The position numbers and the translations under genes are program-made. This document shows, piece after piece, positions 9,383 through 18,349 of a stretch of DNA of 64,000 nt. Below the pieces are notes generated by a model that saw only the letters and a list, made by a program, of their open reading frames with translations, did not search any database and had not been told where the DNA came from. Source of the stretch: a virus (lineage: Duplodnaviria > Caudoviricetes); the IMG/VR virus record IMGVR_UViG_3300020120_000046, positions 720-64,719 of that record; one strand, 5' to 3'. Positions within the stretch are counted from its first letter, which is position 1, and every line of letters starts with the position of its first letter.

Positions 9383-9386
9383 TCCC

Positions 9387-9578
9387 ATGCCTGCCCATTG
9401 CCCGTCCTGCGGCTCGCCGGAGCCCAGGCTCCATCCGGCCCTAGGTCCGGACGGCGAGGTAACCCGGATCTGCCAGGACAAGTTCCACGATGAGGAGCCA
9501 AGGCTCCGGCTAAGCCCGCACCTTGGCCTTTACCTCCATATACCAAAGAAGGCGAGACTAGACAATGACGAATCATGA
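9387..9578 (+). CDS. small CxxC hypothetical protein
   Basis: CPSC...C...H; packed between neighbours. Confidence 0.5.
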   Translation: MPAHCPSCGSPEPRLHPALGPDGEVTRICQDKFHDEEPRLRLSPHLGLYLHIPKKARLDNDES

Positions 9579-10572
9579 CCCGGAATCCTGCCCGTTCGGC
9601 CACATCGATGGAATGTGCGCCGGAGAGGAACTCCGGCTAACAACCGGCCGTACCGAAAGCAATGCCGAGTTCGATAACTGGCCCCAGGATGAAGCGGCTA
9701 CTGACCTGGTCCGGTGGGCCGACCGGGCGATGTTCCGGGCACAGCCGCTCGCGGAGGACGGCGAGCAGGTTCAGATATCCGTCTCCGTGGTCGATATGAC
9801 CCGGAACCCGCTCAAGGTAATGGCCGCTCCGTGGCTTGGCTACCGGGGACGTTTCGTCCTCCCGGATCAGGTGACGGACGAGGAAGCCCGCGCATTCGCG
9901 GCCGATGCCCTGAAGAGCAAGATTGCGGCCCCACTCGAATGGTGTCAGGTCGCGCTCCTGATCCAGGGAGTCTCCCGCGACTTTACCCATCAGATCGTCC
10001 GGCAGAGGACGGCGACATTCGTTCAGGAGTCGATGCGGTTCGCGGTAAAGGACCGGGCGGCCGACGAGGTACCGGAGCCGATCTCGATAGCCGGGCTCGC
10101 TGAGGATGACCCGCTCGCGAGGATCTGGCACGACCACGTGGCCCGGACCGGATGGGTCTACAACGCTCTCGTCCACGGCGGCATCCCGGCTGAGGACGCG
10201 AGGAAGGGCCTCCTGATCGGGACCACGACCCAGCTCCATTACCGGACGAATCTCCGGGACCTCATTAACCATGCCGGGCTCCGGCTCTGCTCCCAGGCCC
10301 AGGCCGAATGGAAGGAGGTCTGGAAGCTAATCGCCAAGGCCATCGGCAGCTACGGCCCGGAGGAGGACCGCTGGCAGCAGCAGGCGATCGTCAGGCTATT
10401 CAAGCCGGTCTGCTATTCGACCGGGAAATGCGAGTTCATGGGCGAGGCCGACCGCTGGTGCGTAATCCGCGACCGGGTAGAAGCGCATCACCGGAACGGC
10501 GACCGGCCGGAGGACTGGAACGACATCAATCCCCTGGAGCCGCTCCACCCGGAGTCCGCCCGTCGTGCCTGA
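9565..10572 (+). CDS. thyX: flavin-dependent thymidylate synthase (ThyX-like)
   Basis: THQIVRQRTATFVQESMRF (variant RHRx7S motif), NLRDL...LRLCSQAQAEW. Confidence 0.85.
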   Translation: MTNHDPESCPFGHIDGMCAGEELRLTTGRTESNAEFDNWPQDEAATDLVRWADRAMFRAQPLAEDGEQVQISVSVVDMTRNPLKVMAAPWLGYRGRFVLPDQVTDEEARAFAADALKSKIAAPLEWCQVALLIQGVSRDFTHQIVRQRTATFVQESMRFAVKDRAADEVPEPISIAGLAEDDPLARIWHDHVARTGWVYNALVHGGIPAEDARKGLLIGTTTQLHYRTNLRDLINHAGLRLCSQAQAEWKEVWKLIAKAIGSYGPEEDRWQQQAIVRLFKPVCYSTGKCEFMGEADRWCVIRDRVEAHHRNGDRPEDWNDINPLEPLHPESARRA

Positions 10573-10792
10573 TGCGGAGGAAGGCCCACGGGATATCTAC
10601 GGGAAGAGGCCTGCCATTACTATGTCCCAATGGGCCATCGAGACGCAAGCGGCGAGAGCCCGCCTAGAACGGGCCATTAAGCTCCATAAGTTCCTCGTCA
10701 AGGAAAGGGAAGCAAATGAGCGAAACCCCAGCCGGAAGCCAAGACCATTCCCAGTCAGTTACGGACCAGGAACCTTTGGTCCCTCTGGATAG
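10565..10792 (+). CDS. hypothetical protein
   Basis: ORF overlapping the thyX stop. Confidence 0.45.
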   Translation: MPDAEEGPRDIYGKRPAITMSQWAIETQAARARLERAIKLHKFLVKEREANERNPSRKPRPFPVSYGPGTFGPSG

Positions 10793-11051
10793 CCCAATCG
10801 TATTCGCCCACGTCGTGGCGGAGGCGATCCGGGAACTCATTGAGGAGTCCCACCTTCACGAGTGGGAAATCCTCGGCGTATATAATCCTCCTAGCCGTCC
10901 GGTAATCCACCCCCTGGCCCCGATGGCTGTCCCATCCACCTTTGTCCTAATCCGCTGCGGTTACTGTAACCTCCCGCAGTCGATTGAGCTAGAGGGAGTC
11001 TGGACGGAGGAACAGGTCATGAAGAAGATCATCAAGAACGAGGAACAGTAA
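10716..11051 (+). CDS. hypothetical protein with CxxC
   Basis: GGAAG RBS; LIRCGYCNLP. Confidence 0.55.
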   Translation: MSETPAGSQDHSQSVTDQEPLVPLDSPIVFAHVVAEAIRELIEESHLHEWEILGVYNPPSRPVIHPLAPMAVPSTFVLIRCGYCNLPQSIELEGVWTEEQVMKKIIKNEEQ

Positions 11052-11052
11052 A

Positions 11053-11412
11053 ATGGAATCGAACGAGAGCCACCGTGACGCCGCTTACGACTTCCTTAAG
11101 TCGGTCGGCCTAGAACCGAACCCGGACGCGGTAGGACAGCTCTCCGGCCCGTTTACGGACGCTCTAGCGATCATCTGTGAGCGCGGCTATACCCGGCCGG
11201 ACGAGGACGGCTCGTCATTCTTCTGGCAGCGGCGCGGATGGAAGGGCCTCGTCCACGACATCCTTGACAACGCCTTCCGGCTCCAGCTGTTCTCCTGGAA
11301 GCAGAATGAGTACTATGAGAATGGCGCAGTCGACCTCATCAACTTCGCTGGCTTCTATATGCGGCTCCGGAACAAGGGCTCAAAGTGGGGCGACATGGGA
11401 GAGCCCGGATGA
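11053..11412 (+). CDS. Nmad1/DUF1599-like all-alpha NTP-pyrophosphatase-fold protein
   Basis: ICERGY...GWKGLVHDILDNAFRL...GAVDLINFAGFY matches the DUF1599 pattern (DYG...RL...DL.NY). Confidence 0.55.
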   Translation: MESNESHRDAAYDFLKSVGLEPNPDAVGQLSGPFTDALAIICERGYTRPDEDGSSFFWQRRGWKGLVHDILDNAFRLQLFSWKQNEYYENGAVDLINFAGFYMRLRNKGSKWGDMGEPG

Positions 11413-11777
11413 CTGACGGCAACGGATTCACAGACAAGCTCCCGCCCCACAAAGACCCACGGCTCCCGGCCGCAGCCATCCTTATCGGCCGGACCGGCGC
11501 AACGGAGTTCGGGCTCCGCTACTGCGACGAGGAGCAGCCAACGGTCTGGATCGCCTATGGCAAATGGCACGACATCTGGGAATGCGCGGCCGGGATGGAT
11601 GCCCTTGTGGCGACCTTCCGGCTCTGTGATCAGGTCATCGACGGCGGCAAATGTACGCACTGCGGCCGTCCGACCGGGTTTATCAGCGACTATGATGCCC
11701 GGCCTCCGTTCCAGCTCGTGTGCTGGTATGCGTACGACCGGAGGAAGAAAGAGTTCGTACGAGGCTGCGGCGGATAG
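11409..11777 (+). CDS. hypothetical protein with CxxC
   Basis: ATGA overlap; GKCTHCGRPT. Confidence 0.6.
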   Translation: MTDGNGFTDKLPPHKDPRLPAAAILIGRTGATEFGLRYCDEEQPTVWIAYGKWHDIWECAAGMDALVATFRLCDQVIDGGKCTHCGRPTGFISDYDARPPFQLVCWYAYDRRKKEFVRGCGG

Positions 11778-11786
11778 GCGACCCTA

Positions 11787-12725
11787 ATGGCGATGCGTTT
11801 CGTTAACCTCCACCATCATACGACGTTCAGTTTCGGGGACGGCTTTGGGCCGGTAGCCGATCATGTGGCGCGAGCGGTGGAGCTTGGCTATTACGCAATC
11901 GCCGCGACGGAGCACGGGAACGTCTCCTCGCACTTCCAGCTGGAGGCTCACGCGCTCCGGGCCGGTATAAAGCCGCTGTTCGGCCTTGAGGCTTATACCG
12001 GCCCGTTAGACGAGGGACGCCGCTCTCAGTGTAAGTATCACCTAACCATAATCGCGGAGAATACCCATGGCTATCAGAACCTCAACCGGATCGTCAGCCA
12101 GTCCTACCTTGACAGTTATTACCATCCAACCGTCTCCGGCGAGTCTCTTGCCGCGAATGCGGATGGGCTTGTGGTCATGTCAGGGTGTACCGGAAGCCTT
12201 CTTGCCTGCTCGCTCGTTGGCGGGAAGGGCATCCCAGAACCGGCCTCCCGCGACGGCTACGCCTGGGATGACGCGCGCCTCGTTATCTCGCGCTTCCTCC
12301 GGCTATTCGGGAGTGAGCGGTTCTTTCTGGAAGTCCAGCCATTCTGGGAGCTAGAGAAATCCCGCGCAATCAATACGGCCTATGCGAAGCTCGCCCGCGA
12401 GTTCGGCATTCGTATGGTCGTAACGAATGACGTCCATTACCCGCATCCGGATGACTCTGAAATGCAGGCAATCCTCCACGCGGTCCGGCGCGGTAAGCAT
12501 ACCGTTGAGGAGGCAATGCGGGAATGGAATTATGAGGTCCCGATGACGCTCCCGGAGTCCGACCGGGCTCTAGGCGAGCGGCTCCTGAAGACCGGCCTGA
12601 CACGGGACGAGGCCTGGGGAGCAATCTGCGCCTCGCGCGACATAGCGGAAATGTGTACGGTAAAGCTACCAAAGGCGGAACGACTCCGCTACCCAATAAG
12701 CCCGGAAGACCTCAAGCCATGGTAG
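11787..12725 (+). CDS. dnaE: DNA polymerase III alpha, stand-alone PHP domain (N-terminal piece)
   Basis: LHHHTTFSFGDG, ATEHG, GLEAY, YHL, SGC, TNDVHY; ends just after the PHP (KLPKAERLRYP). Confidence 0.92.
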   Translation: MAMRFVNLHHHTTFSFGDGFGPVADHVARAVELGYYAIAATEHGNVSSHFQLEAHALRAGIKPLFGLEAYTGPLDEGRRSQCKYHLTIIAENTHGYQNLNRIVSQSYLDSYYHPTVSGESLAANADGLVVMSGCTGSLLACSLVGGKGIPEPASRDGYAWDDARLVISRFLRLFGSERFFLEVQPFWELEKSRAINTAYAKLAREFGIRMVVTNDVHYPHPDDSEMQAILHAVRRGKHTVEEAMREWNYEVPMTLPESDRALGERLLKTGLTRDEAWGAICASRDIAEMCTVKLPKAERLRYPISPEDLKPW

Positions 12726-12964
12726 ACCGGCTGCGCTATGACGGCCCTAAAGGCCAGAGCTATTCAGAGCTGATGAGCGGGAAGAGGCTACGGGCAAACG
12801 CTCTAGACCTCGCGAGCGGGATGCTTGTAACGCTAGCTGGGTATGACGAGGAGTCGGCCTGGCCGCTGATTGAATGGACCGATGGGAGCGGGTCGGCCCG
12901 GATCACGACAATAGACCCAGTAATGTTCGCGGAATTCTTCGCCCCAGTAATAGAGGAGTGGTAA
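12719..12964 (+). CDS. small beta-rich protein, paralog of 34886-35155
   Basis: ATG overlaps the PHP stop; ALDL..G..V...W.L..W.D..G..RIT.IDP..FA..F..V shared with the head-module gene. Confidence 0.65.
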   Translation: MVDRLRYDGPKGQSYSELMSGKRLRANALDLASGMLVTLAGYDEESAWPLIEWTDGSGSARITTIDPVMFAEFFAPVIEEW

Positions 12965-13476
12965 TGACTCAGTGGGATCACCCATACAACCTGATCGGCA
13001 TGCTAAGGCTCGGAGCCGACCGGCCGCTAGTCGCGGACTGGATCCCGGACGGAGACGGCCTTACGCTTAACCTCGGAGCCGGGAACAAGCTGATCCGGAA
13101 TTCCGTGGCCCTAGACCTCCCGAAGTGGGATGCGGACATCGACCCCATCCCCTACCGCGACGGAGCCGTCACGACGATCTACGCGCTCCACTTCTTCGAG
13201 CACGTCAGGCATCCGATCAATCTCCTGCGCGAATGCCAGCGGGTCCTTAAGCCCGGAGGCCATCTCAACATCGTGGTCCCCCACTGGAATACCCAGCTCG
13301 CGCATTCCGACCTCGACCACAAGAGCTTCTGGGACGAGGAAACCTGGAGCCGAATCCTCGCCAACGACTACTATGAGAAGAACCACGACGGCTGGGAATT
13401 CCATATCGGGACGAACGTCCTTATGGGAATTGCCGCCCGGAACCTCCTAATCGTCACCCAGCTGATTAGGGACTAG
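12964..13476 (+). CDS. class I SAM-dependent methyltransferase (Methyltransf_11-like)
   Basis: LNLGAG, IPYRDGAVTTIYALHFFEHV, LLRECQRVLKPGG.L.IVVP. Confidence 0.85.
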   Translation: MTQWDHPYNLIGMLRLGADRPLVADWIPDGDGLTLNLGAGNKLIRNSVALDLPKWDADIDPIPYRDGAVTTIYALHFFEHVRHPINLLRECQRVLKPGGHLNIVVPHWNTQLAHSDLDHKSFWDEETWSRILANDYYEKNHDGWEFHIGTNVLMGIAARNLLIVTQLIRD

Positions 13477-13478
13477 CC

Positions 13479-13718
13479 GTGAATGACCGCGATACCGGAT
13501 TCTGGATCCAGGACAAGGAAGGGCTCTGGTGGCAGCTAATGCCGGCCGGACCCTACCCGGAGCCGCGCGAGCTTAGCCAGGAAGAGCGGGCCACTGCCGC
13601 CTGGAGCTATATGCGATCTAGGCTCGCGCCGAAGATCGATCAGATATACATCCAGGCCGGGAAATATGAGACGTATATCCGCAATAGCCCGGAGGACTAT
13701 TCCGAAGGCATGACGTAA
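13479..13718 (+). CDS. hypothetical protein
   Basis: ORF packed after the methyltransferase. Confidence 0.55.
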   Translation: MNDRDTGFWIQDKEGLWWQLMPAGPYPEPRELSQEERATAAWSYMRSRLAPKIDQIYIQAGKYETYIRNSPEDYSEGMT

Positions 13719-13734
13719 AGGATAATGGCCGGGG

Positions 13735-13992
13735 ATGAACAAGATACGCACGAGGCTCCTGGAGCTATTTATGGAAGAGCTACGGCTCCGTGAACAGCTT
13801 ACCGGGAGGGATAGACTTACCCTCTATCATCAGTTCAGGGAAGTCCTAGAGCAGCCAGAAGGGAATGGGCCTGATGCCGACACCGTACCTGAGATACCAG
13901 TCCCGTGTGAGATTCCCTCCGCGCGTGTGGGGTCCTATACCGACCCGGTCGCAGCCGCTCTCTACCAGTCTTCAGATCACCGCCATTCCTGA
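13735..13992 (+). CDS. hypothetical protein
   Basis: ORF with GGGGA RBS directly before the DnaE core gene. Confidence 0.5.
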   Translation: MNKIRTRLLELFMEELRLREQLTGRDRLTLYHQFREVLEQPEGNGPDADTVPEIPVPCEIPSARVGSYTDPVAAALYQSSDHRHS

Positions 13993-14006
13993 TAGGGGAT
14001 CGCACT

Positions 14007-16307
14007 ATGCGTAACGTCCTCGCGGATACCTCGGAGATAGCGGCCGAGGAACTCCTGTGGCGCTGGTGCCGGTATGGCTGGAACTTCCGCCAGATCGGAA
14101 AGAAGCCACAGGCGGTCCAGGACTGGCACGGAGCCCGGATCAAGCGCGAGATGGATATGATCCTCGGCAAGAAGCTCCCTGACTTCTTTCTGTTTACCTC
14201 GGATACGATCCGCTGGGCCAAGGACAACGGCGTGGTTATCGGTCCGGGCCGTGGGTCGACTGCGGCTAGTGACGTCGCGTACCTAACCCGGATTACGGAG
14301 GTAGACCCGCATAAGTACCCAAGCATGATCTTTGAGCGCTTCCTTGACGTTACCCGGCACGACCCGCCCGACATTGATGTCGACTGCTCGGACGAGCAGC
14401 GCTATATGGTCCGGGATTACCTCGCCTATAAGTATGGCGCGGCCTGCGTAGGCCATATCGGGAACTTCATCAAGTACAAGGCTAAGAACTCGCTCAAGGA
14501 TATCGGCCGGGTATACCAGATACCGATGTGGGCCATAGAGACGATCGCTAACCTTGCGATTGAGCGGAGCGGTGGCGACTCGCGGGCCGACGCTACGCTG
14601 ACGGATACCTTTGAGATGTTCCCGTCCGCTCGCGAGGTTCTAGAGCAGTTCCCGGACATCCTAAAGGCCGCGCGGCTTGAAGGCAATTACCGGGGCCTGT
14701 CGATCCACGCCTGTGGCCTTATGGTAGCGAACTCCCCGCTGACCGACGTCTGTGCGGTCTATACCGGGAAGGACGGCGAGCAGGTAGCCTCCATTGATAA
14801 GATTGACGCGGAGTACATTGAGGCGCTCAAGCTTGACTTCCTAGGGCTCTCGACTCTAGGCATTATTGCCCGCTGCCTCCGGATGGCCGGCCTAACGCTC
14901 GCAGACCTCTATGCGATCCCGGATACGGACGAGAGCGCGCTCAACGTATTCCGGAAGAATGACCTTGTCGGCATCTTCCAGTTTGCCGGCCGCGCTACCC
15001 GTCTCGTTAACCGGGACGTAGCGCCGGAGGACTTCTGGCATATCGTCTGTATTAATGCGCTCAGCCGTCCGGGTCCTCTGTTCTCCGGGCAGACGGCGGA
15101 ATTCATAGAGGTCCGGCACGGCCGGGCCATCCCGACCTCGCTCCACCCGATTGTGGATGAGATCACCAAGGACACGTACGGCCAGATGATCTTTCAGGAG
15201 CATATCCTCCGGTGTCTCAAAGAGATCGGTAATCTTGACTGGACTAACGTCCATCATATCCGTCGCATTATCGCGAAGAAATCCGGCCAGGCGGCATTCC
15301 AGCAGAACTTCGATGCCTTCGCTCAGGGAGCGGCCGACCTCCACGGAATCGAGCACGAGCTAGCCGACCAGATCTGGCACCGCCTCGTAACGGCCGGGAC
15401 CTATGCCTTCAACGTAGCGCACGCCGTCAGCTATTCCCTCCTCGCGTTCTGGACCGCCTGGCTCAAAGCCCACTACCCGCTAGAGTTCTATGCGGCCTGC
15501 CTCCAGAAGGCGACCGGCGACAAGGAACTGACATTCCGGCTCCAGCGCGATGCGCTCGCGCACTCGATTGATATCAAGCCGCCGCAGCTAGGGATTAGCA
15601 CTCAGACCTGGACGCCGCATTACGAGATCAACGACAAGCGGCCGGAGCTAAGCCGCATGGAGCTGGTTGCGGGCTGGTCGGCCGTTCCGGGGATCGGAGC
15701 GGCTAAGGCTCCCGCGCTCGCGGAGCGCGCCGCTACGGCCCTAGAGTGGAAGGACCTAACGGAGGTCCCCGGCATCGGTGACAAGACCGTAGAGACGATC
15801 CGGCGTTTCTCCGGAGCCCGTGACCCGTTCGGGCTCTACCGGACGGAGCGCAAGCTAAAGGCCGTCCACCGCTGGCTGAAGGCCCAGAAGGCCATCCCGC
15901 TCCCGACCCACGACGGAAACGCGCTAGCCATTATGAAGGTCCCGGACTGGAGGCAGAACGGAGGCCGGTTTACCCCTGGCCCGCTCGTGGTTTACTTTGG
16001 GGTAGTAAGGCGAGTCGAGTACAAGGACGTCATAGAGGACGAGCGGAGCCGGACGGGCGAGGAGATAGAGGAGATCATCAAGAGGCTTAAGCGCCCGGAC
16101 CTCGCGAAGCGCGCAACGCTTCATATGTACGACACCAGCGATGAGGAGGTTTACGCCCGTGTTAACAGATGGCGTTTCCCAGAGCTAGTAAGTACGCTAG
16201 AGCGAATCCGCATCAACAATGATGTAGTGGTAATCCTGGGGAACCGTATAGCCGGGTTTGGTACCCCAATCCGAACCGAACGAATTTGGGTAATAGACCC
16301 AGCCTAG
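14007..16307 (+). CDS. dnaE: DNA polymerase III alpha catalytic core (palm/thumb/fingers/HhH/OB; C-terminal piece)
   Basis: GPGRGSTAAS, FERFL, PPDIDVD, IHACG, KLDFLGL, GIFQF, YAFNVAHAVSY, KAHYPLEFY. Confidence 0.95.
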   Translation: MRNVLADTSEIAAEELLWRWCRYGWNFRQIGKKPQAVQDWHGARIKREMDMILGKKLPDFFLFTSDTIRWAKDNGVVIGPGRGSTAASDVAYLTRITEVDPHKYPSMIFERFLDVTRHDPPDIDVDCSDEQRYMVRDYLAYKYGAACVGHIGNFIKYKAKNSLKDIGRVYQIPMWAIETIANLAIERSGGDSRADATLTDTFEMFPSAREVLEQFPDILKAARLEGNYRGLSIHACGLMVANSPLTDVCAVYTGKDGEQVASIDKIDAEYIEALKLDFLGLSTLGIIARCLRMAGLTLADLYAIPDTDESALNVFRKNDLVGIFQFAGRATRLVNRDVAPEDFWHIVCINALSRPGPLFSGQTAEFIEVRHGRAIPTSLHPIVDEITKDTYGQMIFQEHILRCLKEIGNLDWTNVHHIRRIIAKKSGQAAFQQNFDAFAQGAADLHGIEHELADQIWHRLVTAGTYAFNVAHAVSYSLLAFWTAWLKAHYPLEFYAACLQKATGDKELTFRLQRDALAHSIDIKPPQLGISTQTWTPHYEINDKRPELSRMELVAGWSAVPGIGAAKAPALAERAATALEWKDLTEVPGIGDKTVETIRRFSGARDPFGLYRTERKLKAVHRWLKAQKAIPLPTHDGNALAIMKVPDWRQNGGRFTPGPLVVYFGVVRRVEYKDVIEDERSRTGEEIEEIIKRLKRPDLAKRATLHMYDTSDEEVYARVNRWRFPELVSTLERIRINNDVVVILGNRIAGFGTPIRTERIWVIDPA

Positions 16308-16318
16308 GGAGAAAAGCG

Positions 16319-16600
16319 ATGACTACAGTTCAGGACCACAACGCTCCGGTAAAGCCTGAGCCGGAGATTGCCCGCGTACCGCATCCAGATGACATGGATC
16401 TGGAACTATTCATCAAGCACTTTGCGGCGAGGCACGCGGACTCTCTCCCAGAGGACTACCGGCTATCATCAGTCAACATGACTCCGTACGTGGAGGACTG
16501 CTGGCGACGTTTTCACGAGCGGCTCCACCGGCTCCGGACGGGGCCCAACGGCGGGTACGAGCACGAGCACAAGATCCCGACTTCAAGGGGCAAGAAATGA
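16319..16600 (+). CDS. hypothetical protein
   Basis: GGGAGAAAAGCG-ATG. Confidence 0.6.
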   Translation: MTTVQDHNAPVKPEPEIARVPHPDDMDLELFIKHFAARHADSLPEDYRLSSVNMTPYVEDCWRRFHERLHRLRTGPNGGYEHEHKIPTSRGKK

Positions 16601-16848
16601 CTGAGGAAGAGGATGCCCTAGCCCGGCTCGCGGCAGGCTACAAGGCCCAGCGCGCGGACGGCGACCCTACCCGGACAGAGTACGGATTCATGATAATCCT
16701 TACCTGCCCGAATACGATGGACCGGGAGGCTGTGGAGCGCGACCTCCGTAGCTCCCTCGGGTTTGGCCAGCCGGTCATCGCGCTCCTGTACGATGTCCCG
16801 GCTCCGCGCCCCATAGAGGTGGCCAGGACCACCGGCGCGCGGCTCTAG
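16597..16848 (+). CDS. hypothetical protein
   Basis: ATGA overlap. Confidence 0.55.
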   Translation: MTEEEDALARLAAGYKAQRADGDPTRTEYGFMIILTCPNTMDREAVERDLRSSLGFGQPVIALLYDVPAPRPIEVARTTGARL

Positions 16849-16865
16849 GAAGCTCCCTAGCCCGT

Positions 16866-16905
16866 CCGGGCTCCGGACCCTAGTCCTAGGCCGTCCGGAG
16901 CCCGG
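16866..16905 (+). terminator. GC-rich hairpin ending the replication operon
   Basis: CCGGGCTCCGGAC / GTCCGGAGCCCGG 13-bp stem. Confidence 0.55.
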
Positions 16906-17065
16906 AGAGGCCCGGAGGATCGCTCTCCGCTCGCTCGCGGGCTCTCCGGGCCGGATTCGCCGTCCGCGACCGTCCCGGATCGCTGCTGCCCCTAGCGTTT
17001 CCCTCCATTCCGGGCTAGGGTCAGCCCCGTCAGCGGGAGGCTCGCCAGGCGACGGAGGCGAGATA

Positions 17066-17527
17066 ATGACCAGAGGTAATCACTCCGACCTCATATCAGA
17101 TACTGGCCCGTGGTATAACCCGCGAGGCCGCGACACCCTTAGCCCATCAATCCTTAGCAGACCGGCTCCAGGCCATCAGCCCGGACGCCATAGACGTAAC
17201 GGAGTCCCAGAGGTAATCGACATACCACAGCCCGCGAGGAAGATTCGGCCAAAGTACATCGTAGCCGCAACGCTGACGGCACTCCTCGCGGTTCCTGCTT
17301 TCTGGATGGCGGACTACATAGCGACGCACGACGGACCGGGAACGGTCCCGGAGGTAACCCGGACGGCCTACCTGCCGATGACCCTCTACGGGAACGGACT
17401 GCAGGAACCAATCTGCGTATTCATCACGCAGTCCGGGAAGGCCTGGAAAGCCTGGGCGGTCAACTCACCCTGCGAAGTGGCATTGGGACAAGCGGGTCCG
17501 GCCCATCTGCCGTCCGCTGGATCATAG
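17066..17527 (+). CDS. single-TM membrane protein (start uncertain)
   Basis: YIVAATLTALLAVPAFWMA hydrophobic segment; converges on the late operon. Confidence 0.45.
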   Translation: MTRGNHSDLISDTGPWYNPRGRDTLSPSILSRPAPGHQPGRHRRNGVPEVIDIPQPARKIRPKYIVAATLTALLAVPAFWMADYIATHDGPGTVPEVTRTAYLPMTLYGNGLQEPICVFITQSGKAWKAWAVNSPCEVALGQAGPAHLPSAGS

Positions 17528-18086
17528 CCCCATAGACCGGCCCTGGCTTCCGGCCGGGCTTCTGCCAGACTCCCCGGAACGGAGCCCGGTAATAGCAGGT
17601 CCACTGATAGGGCTTGACGGCCGCATATGCGGAGACAAGGACGGCCCTAGGACGCATCCGTGCCATAACCTCATTCTCCCACTGAACCTCGTACTCGTCA
17701 TCCTTGAACGGCCGGGCCGTATAGACAATGTCCGCGTCCTCCCAGGGCGGGTGCGATTCCCGGAGGTCCCACTCAATCGCATTTACGCCCAGCGCGAGTG
17801 CCATGGCTAGGTAGTCCTTATTGATCTCATAGCCGTACTCGCTCATCCCGAAGTGATAGCGGGCGAGGTATTCCTTTGTGCCGATGCCACTTCCGGCCTC
17901 CATAAGCGTCAGCCTACGGAGGCCGTCCATGGCGAGCGAGCGCGCGACCTCCAGCATCCGCGCGAACTCTGCTATCTCAAGCGGGCTCCAGCGCCACATT
18001 TCCGGGTCCGGCTCCGATAGCTCCCGCTCTTTGGCGAGCTGAGCCATCTCAAGTTTGTGAAGCTCCGGGAGAGATAGCATTCCCAC
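17460..18086 (-). CDS. class I SAM-dependent methyltransferase
   Basis: LMEAGSGIG (motif I), YGYEIN (motif II), DIVYTARPF (motif IV-like). Confidence 0.7.
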   Translation of the reverse strand: MGMLSLPELHKLEMAQLAKERELSEPDPEMWRWSPLEIAEFARMLEVARSLAMDGLRRLTLMEAGSGIGTKEYLARYHFGMSEYGYEINKDYLAMALALGVNAIEWDLRESHPPWEDADIVYTARPFKDDEYEVQWENEVMARMRPRAVLVSAYAAVKPYQWTCYYRAPFRGVWQKPGRKPGPVYGAMIQRTADGPDPLVPMPLRRVS

Positions 18087-18094
18087 AGTAGTTC

Positions 18095-18253
18095 CTAATT
18101 GTTCTCGACGGTTACGTCACCGACCGTGACATTGACGGTTGAGCCGCTCGCGTCGGTATAGGTGACCTGGCCGGCCGCGCGGATATCGTCTGCGGTCTTT
18201 GCTGCCTCCTCTAGGCTCTCGAACCTATGAAGGGTCAGTTTTACCTCCGGCAC
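18095..18253 (-). CDS. small hypothetical protein (52 aa)
   Basis: GAAAGGCAGGAAAG-GTG; MPEVKLTLHRFESLEEAAKTADDIRAAG...ENN*. Confidence 0.55.
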   Translation of the reverse strand: MPEVKLTLHRFESLEEAAKTADDIRAAGQVTYTDASGSTVNVTVGDVTVENN

Positions 18254-18349
18254 CTTTCCTGCCTTTCCGTACCGGCTCCGGTAGCTCTATCTCTACCTGG
18301 ACCGGATAGCGCTGGCCGCCGACGAGGACGGCTCCGGTAATCGTGACGG

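Noticed and set aside
12726-14006. Intein or group I/II intron splitting dnaE
   Set aside because: No intein C1 or His-Asn ends, no recognisable intron core or homing endonuclease; the gap is filled with ordinary coupled ORFs. RNA-level splicing is not formally excluded.
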